The notes beneath the pieces are model-generated. The model made no database searches. It was not told where the DNA came from and saw only the letters and a list, made by a program, of their open reading frames with translations. Positions 1-64,000 of a stretch of 64,000 nucleotides of DNA are shown one piece after another (position 1 is the stretch's first letter; each line of letters begins with the position of its first letter). The stretch covers positions 1 to 64,000 of the forward strand of contig JAQGDQ010000054.1 of assembly GCA_030141605.1 (NCBI GenBank). The letters are read 5' to 3'. The DNA comes from Tubiluchus corallicola (lineage: Eukaryota > Animalia > Priapulida). The position numbers were made by a program, and so were the translations under genes.

Positions 1-90
1 GAATGGCTTATCATATATCTTTTGGCTATCTAACTACTGAATTGCATTTCGATGTTGTTTCTAAATTGTGGTAAATTTCTTTGTTTTAGA

Positions 91-129
91 TGCCATGACA
101 ATGAACAATTTGTTCGAAACCGGTCGGCA
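91..129 (+). ncRNA. Degenerate type I hammerhead-ribozyme-like motif of Penelope-type terminal repeats
   Basis: TGCC-ATGACAA-T-GAACAA-T-TTGTTC-GAAAC-CG-GTC-GGCA, then AATAAA; two core mismatches versus CTGANGA. Confidence 0.45.
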
Positions 130-1029
130 ATAAATTCAATTTTGGTGTAGTTACATCTATTTGCCAAATATGGATAATTCAATTATATATATATGGATGA
201 AACTAACCAAATTGAAGTATGCCAGCGAAAACAACGAATAACGTCAAACTTTCACTCATATTAGCACAAACTTTATGTTAGCGAGTTTATTTAACCATAT
301 TCAAATTTGACTAGTTAAAGCACAACACTCAAGTGCATAAAGTATCCGACGCATTCCGTTTCTACACATTTAATACAGTAACCAGAAATACAGGATGGCA
401 AACACAATGCAACTGCACAACATAAAACTTTCAGTAAGGTTGGTAGGAATAATGCCGAGAGAAAAATGATAACCCAAGCAATAACAACAGTTGGTCACTT
501 TCTCATCATAAATCAATAAAAAGACAATGCATCTTTATCTATTTATCCATTGCTGACAGGTCAATAAGAACTATAACGTCATCAGTCAGCAATAATCATT
601 TGTAAACACTACATTCAATCAATCTACCAAAATTAATAATAATTCATGAGCATTAATTAACTCTCTATATATAAATATTTATACGCAAAGTAATTCTACT
701 TTTCAACTTATTTTTGTTATTGTTTGATTATTTCAGCTTATTAATTAGCTATTGTGGATCAACGATGTCGCCAATTATTAGCGCGCGACTTTTAATGATT
801 AAAACTCTGACTGTTATCTGACAGTCAGATAAATCGTTTTGTGTTAAAATAAAAACTATAATTTCTTAGCTGAAAGGCTCTATTACACTACTGCCACACG
901 GTTAGAATTAGGATTCATCTGCAGCATTGCGCGTAAGCACACATGCCCGCATAGCTATAAAAATATTATTAGAATGTACCGTATTTGTGAAATCGAAGTT
1001 TAACGAGCGTCGACATTGCAGGCTCTCTC

Positions 1030-1445
1030 AGGGTGTATTTTTGAGGTAGCGAGTTAGACGTGTCATAATTAATTAACGAAGGGATTTGCGACAATTTTTT
1101 TGTTCTGAACCAAGAACATGCAAATTAATTATCCTGCCAAATTTCAACTGAGTTGAATAAGCAGTTTGGAGTTCAAAAAAGTGTGACGGACAGAGTGAGT
1201 GAATGAAGGAATGAATGAATCACCAGAAGGATACAAGCTGACCTTCGGGAACATTTCAGTGGTTATGCAAGATTTTGTGTCTTGTTGATATGGTTAATAA
1301 AATTCAGTACCTATGTTTCCGAAATAATTAAGAAAAATAATATGAAAAATGTATGAGTAAATGAATGTTTGAATAAATGAACGAGTGTGACTAAAATAAA
1401 TGAATGAACGGACGAATGACTGAATAAATGAATGCATAAATGAGA
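1030..1445 (+). mobile_element. DINE/HINE-like non-autonomous Helitron relic with (GAAT)n microsatellite
   Basis: GCCAAATTTCAA core followed by GACGGACAGA and degenerate TGAA repeats; boundaries approximate. Confidence 0.35.
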
Positions 1446-3399
1446 GAATCCAAAATTAAATGTAGCAGTGTCTTATTCATTACAATGACAATAAGATTAG
1501 ATTTGGTATAATGATAATTAAGGGTCGGCATTGTCTTCGTGACTTTATACAGTGACTTTATATATTGAAATAAGCAGAATTTCTGTTATAGATTACGTAG
1601 AATATAGATTATAATCTGGCCTCTACAACCTTATCTTCTTTGTCTAAGCTGCATGGCATCCGAACTAATTTGTAAAATTTCACAATTTTCTGCTTGGCTT
1701 GCTATATTTATGTGTGTACCTTATTTGTATATTTAATTTTTGGCATATATAAATATAAATATAAACATAGTTCTATTTTCCACCTTTAACATGATAAAAC
1801 TTACACAGCATGAGATTTAAAATAAAAATGCTGGCTTTTACAGATTATTATTCAGAATAAAATCGTGAAAACGTGTGAAAGAAAGAAAGATTAAATCGAT
1901 AATATTTAATGACTTACCACCTCTATAATTTTTATTATTTTAATAATTAATAATTTAATCAGAATATAGCTAATGTTTAAGCATGCAGCTAAACAGTTGT
2001 TCAAACAATGAATAATCATTTAATAATATTTTTCCCATTAATAGCTGACAATTTGGTTTACAGATAACATTAGACATTTATTTATTTAGCAGTGACCGAT
2101 GATTTGCACAGATTTCTCGCATTTTTTTCCTTTTCCAAATTGAAGTAAAATGAGCCATATATCATCGGTAAAGACTTACATTGGGACTTGTTTGCCAAGA
2201 TCATTATAACAGTTTCAACTACTGCACATACAAAAAATATTCACGTCCATAAAATCGATTGGAATTGTGAACACTGATCGTAATTTGTAGCTACGTTATG
2301 CCTCAACATATAAATTGCAAAGTATATGTACAAAATGAAAATTTTTTATACTTTTATCAATATTGCAGAATACAAAGTAATATAAACAGAATTATCTCTG
2401 GATTTCGCGTAGGATGGAACTTTGCCTTTGAAACGACAACAACAAAAAAGCAGCATGGACGGCAAGTAGTTAGAAAAACAGAAAAAGTGTAAAATAGCTA
2501 TGCCTATAGTCAAGATATATTAAAAACTGTATCGCTACTTTTTTCACGGTAGCAGTTACAAATTAGTAAAATGGGAAAAGCAGTAAAATGAGAAAACTGT
2601 TGGAGAGCTCTCTAGTGTCGTTTAAATACTACGCCTACAATTAATGATCATACAGCTGTACAGAATTATAAGATGGCTTATCCAATGTCCGCAGATTATA
2701 GAACTAATGCACCAGTAAGCGTTATGTCATTGTAAGAAGGTTCATTTTCGCTTGCAGTCACAAGTCGTATGGAATACCCTGACATTTTTTGAAGACTTGG
2801 TTGTCAGTGGATGCTGATCTGGCACAGCTGTGGTTGTTCCGGGTTTACTTCCGGGAACGGAATGGCTCGCTGGAATGGGAAATTTGAAGCGTGGGTGGGT
2901 TGGTACCAGGAAAAACTACTTTTGGGCAGGCTTACCTATTATATGCGCCCTTAAACTATTCCTGTCACTAATTGACTGATATTGATTAGTTTATTCGTCT
3001 CATTCCGTATGCTACTATTTAATTACACGCAGTTCATTATAATTGCATTGAGACGGGATGGCGAAACGCCATAAAGGTCACCTAGCAGCCATCCCTAAAT
3101 TCTGTTTTTTTTGGGTTGCTAATACAAGTACTTGTCAACACTGGTGTCATAATGAGCAATAATTTAGCTGTCCAATTGACTGACTAGTTTTTAGGTTTCA
3201 CAACATCGCTGTTATACACAAGAAAAAAATACGAGAGTAAAAATACGAGTAAAAAATAATTTCAACTTTGTCTAGTGAAACCAAAAAGGATTGTTTCATG
3301 ACAGATATTTTTCATTGAGTGAGTTTACACGGATGTGACTCGACCCAAATGGTTACTCTTCTGGACGTTGTTGTTGTTCTTGTTGTTGGGGGATAACCG

Positions 3400-3900
3400 T
3401 TTGAATAAAGCTCAAGGCTCCGTGAACTCGCAACGAATTAATGAAATTTCGCGCAAGTTTACTAAAATGAACTTCGCATCGACTGTGGGGCTGCATTTCT
3501 GATAGGCCACTTTAAATTCAAGATGGCGTCAAAATATTGTTTTAGAAAAAGGGCTAAGGCTCCACTAGTTCACAATGGAATGTCATGAAACTGGATCATA
3601 CTTGAACGAATTCCGCATCAACCAAAGGAGTTAGATTTTCGATTAGCCACTTTGAAATCAAGATGGCAGGGGTAATTATTGTTTTCGAAAAAGCCCAAGG
3701 CTCTCTCAATTCGTAATGGATCGTCATTATGGAATATTAGAACATGAATTTCGCATCAACTGATGAATCGGATTTTCGATCTGTCATTTTGAATTGTCAG
3801 AATTCAAAATGTCAGATCGAAAATCCGATTCGTCAGTTGACCTCATTTCTAATGATCTTGAGTTCAGCGAATCCCTCGACCATAGTTCGAGTCGAACTTG
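3400..3900. repeat. Degenerate ~140-bp tandem repeats ending in an inverted repeat (probable transposon relic)
   Basis: AAGGCTC...TTCGCATC...TTCAAGATGGC-type units recur near 3410, 3550 and 3690; hairpin at 3756-3840. Confidence 0.55.
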
Positions 3901-4370
3901 TTTTTACACAAGTGCCTCACATGCTTCGCCATTCTTGCATGTCGTGATCTACAGAATTATATCGTAACCATATTCTAGCTCCATAAAGATGCCTCCTCTG
4001 CTTTTTTGCTTATTCTCGGTATCACTATGCTTCCATTTTGCCTTTTTGTTCTTGTTGCTAGCTGCACACTGTAAAAAATCTGTCTGCAACAAAATTGTGT
4101 AACACCAATAATTGTCGCTGACGAAATTGAGCCAAATTAACAAAATTTTTAATTAGCATTAGTTCAAAACAAAAAAAAATTTCTTTGCCGGGACACTAAC
4201 TTTTCTTAATTTTATTAGCAACACTGCAAGGACACATTTGGAATTAACACATGTGATTTGTATAGTTTTTCAACAACTAGGAAAACTTTGTAAGATCAAT
4301 AGAACAATAGAAGACTGATGTATCTCGTCCTTTTGTTTTCTGAATATCTCACATAAAAGAATGGTATAAG

Positions 4371-4499
4371 ATCACATAAATAGCTTAATTTTTCAGCGAT
4401 TTAATTACAGTCAACATCTATCATTCGTGACAAATCATATAAATAGCTTAATTTTTCAGCGATTTAATTACAGTTAACATCTATCATTCGGGACAAATC
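4371..4499. repeat. 63-bp direct tandem duplication
   Basis: ATCAYATAAATAGCTTAATTTTTCAGCGATTTAATTACAGTYAACATCTATCATTCGKGACAA twice. Confidence 0.9.
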
Positions 4500-5949
4500 G
4501 GAACAGCTGGAATATTTACTGTAATACTTTCAATGTTTGGCTGTCAGGATACCACGTTTATTCACCACTTCTCAAGCTATATACATCGCATAAGAATTAT
4601 CGATACTGTATTTGCTGCAGACACTTTTCAATATTGTTCCATTAATTAAACTGTTACAGTAGGCTAGATTACTGACTGGGTTATTCGACTGCGGCGTAAT
4701 TTTTATAAACTTCGCTGTCTTCCCGTAAAGCCGTTCTCGTTTTCATTTCTCATTCTTGTTGTTTATGTAATAAGTTTTTTCTTCTTCTTCTGTTGCTTGC
4801 TCTAAATATCTATTGTGGGCACTAAACCTTTTTTCCTTAGAGCATTCCACTGTTTCCTGTCAGCCGAAGTTCTCTGCACCTGTGATGTTATTGTTAAGTT
4901 TGGTCTGTCTATTTGTTAGTCGTTAATTCTTGATACCTATGTTGTCCTTGGTTTGTTTGGAGTCGTTTAGCAGGTTTTAGTGCCTCGTTTAATTAATGCT
5001 AATCTAACTAGTGTTATTTCTGGTAATCTCATAAATGTCATTCCCATCTTAGCCTTCTGACTTTAATATTAATGCTCCAAAGTTTTTCTTTGTTTCTGTT
5101 GCGCAGTGCTCGCTTGAAATGACATACTGTCATTTTATTTTTGGAATTTTTTGAACAAACCCAATCTCTGTGAAATACATCATTCTGTTTCTTTATTGCA
5201 GTTAAACTCCACATTTTAATGATTTTATTACTATTGTAAATGAAGATATCGTATAAAAACATAAATAACATAAAACATGTGCTCTATTAAAATAGTTAAT
5301 AAGTCTTTAGTTGTTATGTTGTGGGGCGACAATAGAGTAACTTTATATCCTAAATTTACGATAACAGATTTTTCTAGAGGAACGCTAAAACGGCGTTCTA
5401 AATAACATAGCCATGAAAATTTACTGGTAGTGACATAGCATGGCAATGCTAATTGGTCCAGGCAGTTGGGCAAAATAAAACTCAATTAAAAGAGAGTAGC
5501 TGCGCGTTTTGGACTACCTTTTCGTTAGTACTAAAGGATAACAATAAACGAACTCTGATTCTAAGAAAAACATTTTTTTAAATTTAATCAGGCAATCGGC
5601 TATGTACAGGGTTAAATATAAGCTTTTGTTGGATAGGTAGGGGTAGGGCACAATATGTTCGGCAGAGTTAGTCTCGTGAATGTCAGAGCCATTTATTTTA
5701 ATCTGCTTCGATCACATCATACAAGCTGTGTAATATAGGCTTTAGACTAAATATTGAAAGCATGTTAGATTCTCTATTTCAGCAGTACGTTAATCTACGC
5801 TTTCTGTGCCCCCTGGCAAAAGTCAAAAGGATAAAATTACATTATAATTATATCATCTTCTTTACAATCTTCTTTGGATCTTAGAGTTCGACTCGCACGT
5901 GTCCCTTCTCATATTCATTTTAACTTTACTGATGGATCGTGCATTTACA

Positions 5950-7420
5950 GTATCTGCTGGGAGTAAGTTCCTCAGATAGTGACTCGAGAAGCAAAAATGG
6001 GAAAGGATGCTGGTTCGGTTATATTCAATGAAAAGTTTGGAATCATGGGCCTCGTACTTTTCTGCGTGGTCTTTAGAAGAAATGTTTCTTGCAAAACTGG
6101 ATGTCTTTTCACAATTTTGTAACAATTGACATGTTCAGTTGTACCTCGACGTTGTTCTACAGTGGATATCAATGCGGGACCTGTATCAACAACTAACGTC
6201 ATACAACTGTTTTGAGTTTTTTCTATTGCACCTTTCAGGGTTACATTATGCGGACATGCGGTGATGCAAATTCCAAAATAGTATGAACAATAGCTTTGTA
6301 TAAAGAAACAATACATTAGCAGATCCTGAAATGGCACAGTCATCTAATCATACCAATTCCATGATTTGCCTGAGCTATTATAAAAATTATGATTTATATG
6401 AGCATTCCATTTTATGTCAGTGGATACGTAGACACCCAAGTCACGTACGACAGACTTCTCTTTCATGACTTCATCACTGATATAATAAGTTGGCTCCATA
6501 CACTAATAAGCAACATTCCCTTCTCTTATGTTGCATGAACCATTCATTGTAGCATTTTCTCAATTTGACTGAGGTCACTTTGTAAAATAAATTGGTCTAA
6601 ATTACCCCAGATTGGGAGATCGGGATTAAAACTATCCACAAATAAAGGGACAGTTGTACTAGGTGACACACAATTAGTAATATCATTCATAAAAACAAGA
6701 AAGCAATAATGGCCATTTCAAATTTAGGCTACGTTGGGGGAATCCACTATTTGCTGGGTACGAGTTTGTAGTTATACTATTCATAACAATTCACATAACA
6801 AATACATTAACATTGTATTCCGAAAATCCATGTTAAGCGATAAATGTCTTAGAGGAACAGAACCGATTTAAAGTATAAAAATTAATATCAATACCTGGCA
6901 AAGACTGATAAAGAAATGGGAGGGCTAAAAAAATCACCCCCCTCATTTTAGCAGAAAAGTAAATTAGTAACAGCAGAGCAATTTGGTAAATAGCCATGCT
7001 GGTTTTTGCACATACTTAGAAATGACAAGAAATAGAAGTACCTCATTCCATATAATGGCTTCAAGGCATTTGACAACAACCGATGTTAAAGAAATAGCCC
7101 TTTAATCAACACACGATGGAGTTGTAAAAGATTTCTTTGGAATCACAGTGACATTTGAGTCCGACCAGTACAAAGGAACTTTGAAAAAGCCAGGATTTTT
7201 CTTAAAAATCACAAGTAATGATAAAGCAAGTTGCAAAGGTTCTTATAATTGTCCTTCTGACTTCCTAAAGAGTAACCATTAATAATCTAAGTAGGAAGGT
7301 CATTTGAGTTGCCAACAGTTTTGCATATGCTATCAACAGGAGCTTTAGTTAAAGTATAGTATTAACGTTGTCAGAGGATGGTGAGTCCACATAAGCCTGA
7401 CTAATATATTTAGGACTTTT
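5950..7420 (-). mobile_element. Decayed CR1/L2-clade LINE reverse-transcriptase remnant
   Basis: Minus-strand translation across stops and frameshifts: VPLYWSDSNVTVIPKK...RAISLTSVVVKCLEAII, SGFPQRS, MNDI...LFVD, AIEKTQ...TVEQRR...CYKIV, matching the motif order of non-LTR RTs. Confidence 0.8.
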
Positions 7421-7874
7421 TGAGATTTCTGCCAAGTTACAAGCCACATTGATAACAGTGTTCACCAGCTGGCGCATATTTAGTACCACGTACGGTTACT
7501 GTTTTTTGTTTTGCTACACCTAGCCATCTCACAGTTGTAGCAAGGTGATCGCGTATGTTGTTCACACAAGGCCAAGTAGGTGTTAGTTTTCTTTCCAATG
7601 GCAATGACGATTTGGTGATTAGCCGACAGCAATAGTAACTTAAAATACTTGGTTCTCACAATAGAAAATTTTTTGCTGCACTTTTGTTATGCTGTTATAA
7701 AATTATATATTTCTATGCTATTTTTATATTTATATTTAGAACGATTTATATAATAGTACGTATGTTATACCTTATTTGTATCGAAATTTTAAAGGTGGTC
7801 GTGGTGGCTTATAATTAATGTTAGTTGTTGGGTGTCAAAATGTCGTTCGAAGTAATTTCCGTAATAAAGCAGGT

Positions 7875-7965
7875 TTCCTTTCTTGGCATGGCGCCGCAGA
7901 ATTTCGTTTATTAAGTAATCACGTGGTTTATCTCAAAACTGGTGCAGACAAGCGACAGGCGTAGT
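7875..7965 (+). promoter_or_regulatory. Candidate promoter patch (CpG-enriched; E-box CACGTG 7920-7925; weak X-box-like 14-mer 7882-7895)
   Basis: Local GC/CpG rise about 2.2 kb upstream of the first coding exon; short motif matches only. Confidence 0.2.
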
Positions 7966-8976
7966 AGTGTCTTTTCTGATTTACTGCTGTGTTTACTTGT
8001 CTGAAGGGCAGATTTCTTTTATTTTAGAATAGTCTGACTCTGAGGACTACCGATTTCCATTTGTTCGAATGATGTTCCAGCACACCCAGAGTTACACTTG
8101 AGTATGCATAGTCAGTGCAGTTGTAGTGTGCTGCTGTGCGAACTTATTTACGAAAAATAGCTTTTTTTGCTTTATACACGTTAATTTTGAATAAACAGTA
8201 AATGTTCAAATTTTAAAAATATTTTTGACTGATCCAAGAGGTGAGGTGATTGTTGTATGCAGCAGCTGTGTAAGGCTTTACCTTTGTCTAATACTAATAC
8301 TAAGTAGTACAGTAAGGGTGGTTGACTCGCTAACCTTTGGTTTTTCGCCATCCTTTCTCCCATGTTCATTTATATTTTTGTATATTTTATTGTTAAATTA
8401 GTAAATTTATGGAGGAAAATAAAAATTAATTACTAATACCTCGACTTTGCCATATACAAGCTGTACGTCGTTTTTCTGTGCGTTTTTCAATTTCCGTGAT
8501 CAGCTTGATTCAGCTAGCATGTTAGTCTGCATAAAAAATTGTTTTTCACAATTAAGCTATGCTGCAGTTCCGCATACTAGTGAAGTATGTGGTCATTTCA
8601 TGCATATGATGCACAAAACAGGCCAGAAATTGTGTGTTTGACTGCTGAATGTGGTGTCCACTACAACTCTGTCATTGTACCAAATAAAAATTATGTTGAG
8701 ATTAACTTCTGGGTTTCCATGACTAGATATTATTTATTCACAAGTTACGAAAACCTAACAAACGTATGATGAAAAATAATGTATTCTTAAACTGATGGAA
8801 CAGAAGTAATTTTACTAAAAAGATACTGAAGTGCTGAAACTGTACTGATTAAGTACGTTACAATAAAACTATATTGAAACTAAAGCAATCATTTAAAAAC
8901 ATCACAACTGAAATCAACCAAATTGCATTGCTAAAACAGTCAGTATTTTTCAAAAACGCTCATAACAAATATCAAA

Positions 8977-9634
8977 TGTGTGCTTGAGTAGCAAAATCGT
9001 CCGTAAGTCGGCAACTAAGCTTTTCTAATTATTCAAACACCCTGAATCTCCATTACATGATGATCATTTTGATACCAAGCTCATCGCTCTACGTTATTTC
9101 GAAGCTGAGATAATCATCATTGAAGTTGAGGTGAACGCTGCACACTGAAAAACATAATCTTGAGAAAATCGCTGTTAAAGTTTGCCATTGTTTTTTTATG
9201 TGTTTCTACAAACCACTTTTCAACTGCACAAATGTTGGTTGCTACAGACTACAAGAATTCATTGAAGTTATGTTTAGATCCAGTAAATGGCTCTTCCCGA
9301 TGGAAATATGGTCTTGGCAACGGAAAAAACCCGAAGCAAAATGATTACTTCTACAAGTACTATCAGAGTTTGAAAATACAAGTTTTTTACAATTCCAGTA
9401 CTAATTTCTACCCAGAGAAGTGGGCACGGGGTTATAAAATTGTATTTTTAGTATCTTTTGAACATTTTCTTGATAATTGGTGCTAGAGTATAAATGTTCA
9501 ATATATTTAGCATTTGTTTTTATCAAAAACAGAAAACTGACATTTGACCAATTTTTTTATCGCATTTTACTTTTAACTAACAAAGTAGTTTTAACTATGC
9601 CGACTTATGGACGGTTTTGGTTTGCAAGCACACA
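8977..9634. mobile_element. MITE with ~38-bp imperfect terminal inverted repeats
   Basis: TGTGTGCTTG...CGTCCGTAAGTCGGCA versus TGCCGACTTATGGACG...CAAGCACACA. Confidence 0.65.
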
Positions 9635-10115
9635 AATAATAAGACGAATAGAACGAACAAAGATTTACCTTACCAAAAAAGGCAACTGGCAAGGTAAGTC
9701 AAGTCAATCAAGTCAATGTCAGCTTGTACTCAGAATTAACGATTTGTGATTCATATAATAAGAATAATATCTGACGCTAACCTTACTCTTACTCATAATT
9801 AATTGTGCACCTAACGTGTTCGATTTTCATAACATATTGCACCCTGATTGTGCAAAGTTTACTATGTAATGTGAAACAGAGTTAAAAGGAAGAAGTTTAA
9901 TGGTGATTTGCTGTAGTTTGCATGATATCATGTGAGCATATTCACGTTGCACAACGTCCGTGACAGTTGTATGTTCAAGTCATGTGGTGTAAGTTACGTT
10001 ATGTTGTTTTTGTAAGGTCTTTGCAGTTTAGCAGTTATAATAATATTAACGTGATATTTGTAGTATGTAATTATGCATCTTTTCTCTAAGCTCATAATTT
10101 AATTTCAACCCTTAC

Positions 10116-63377
<53,262 letters not shown>

Positions 63378-64000
63378 GTATTATTTTGTTTTCACACCAC
63401 AAAACTATGCGCGTATTCATTTTTATGTGATGTGTAATATCAAGTGTGCCTAAAGTAAACAAATTTGATTGCTTAGTACAACAACATACTTGCTCTATTG
63501 AATATAGCAGAACCTCCTTAGAGTTAATAGTTCTAAACGCTGTGGTTTATGACTTTCTGCTGCAGTAAATGATATCACATAACCATTAAAATGTGTAGTT
63601 TATTATATATACTGTTGATACTTGTCAGTCCTGCTACAATAGGAATTGTAAATCTTTTTCTTGCGGTAATTTATACAAAGGAAAATTGATTCAATCAAAA
63701 AGTTATTTCAGTTACAGCAGATTTTGCTGATTTATTTGAGCTGTACAGTTGTATGTTGTCAATCAAATATAGTTAAATTTTCATAGTTAAGTCATATGTC
63801 TATTTCATGCTATGACAATGTTGTTTTTTTGACATTCTTGTTTGTTTGCATTTTCACATCATTTCTTCCTTTAGTCAGTTTCAACATGTTAAATGTGCTT
63901 TGATCAACAAGATTATATTTTTTGGTACCTGTGAAAATTATGCTGATATGACAGTAGTAACAGTAGGGTCTTCCGTAGGTAAAAAAATGTTGTAAAACAT

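Noticed and set aside
5972-6343. 123-aa minus-strand ORF as a host gene
   Set aside because: Open fragment of the decayed CR1/L2 ORF2.
8245-8311. Signal-peptide-like frame VCSSCVRLYLCLILILSST
   Set aside because: No in-frame ATG, and its good donor is phase 0 while exon 2 needs phase 1.

Overview
AT-rich eukaryotic (invertebrate-looking) genomic DNA. From about 10.1 kb to past the right edge lies one large intron-rich gene on the + strand. I read 57 GT-AG exons by hand; their phases chain without a frameshift into about 3,070 codons. The product is a polycystin-1/PKD1-like (REJ family) receptor ectodomain: putative signal peptide, three copies of an unnamed beta-rich module, a WSC domain, many PKD repeats, a REJ module, an EGF-like domain with a poly-Asp insert, and the start of a GAIN region. 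The GPS, transmembrane and PLAT parts should lie beyond the window. Most entries in the ORF track are exon fragments running into introns, or noise. The introns and 5' flank hold many transposon relics: a four-copy head-to-tail Helitron array, a 5S-rRNA-headed SINE with a target-site duplication, hAT, pogo/Tigger and Tc1 MITEs (one nested), CR1/L2 LINE remnants, tRNA-derived SINEs, a degenerate Penelope-type hammerhead and microsatellites. Splice sites are inferred from consensus and frame only; there is no transcript evidence.
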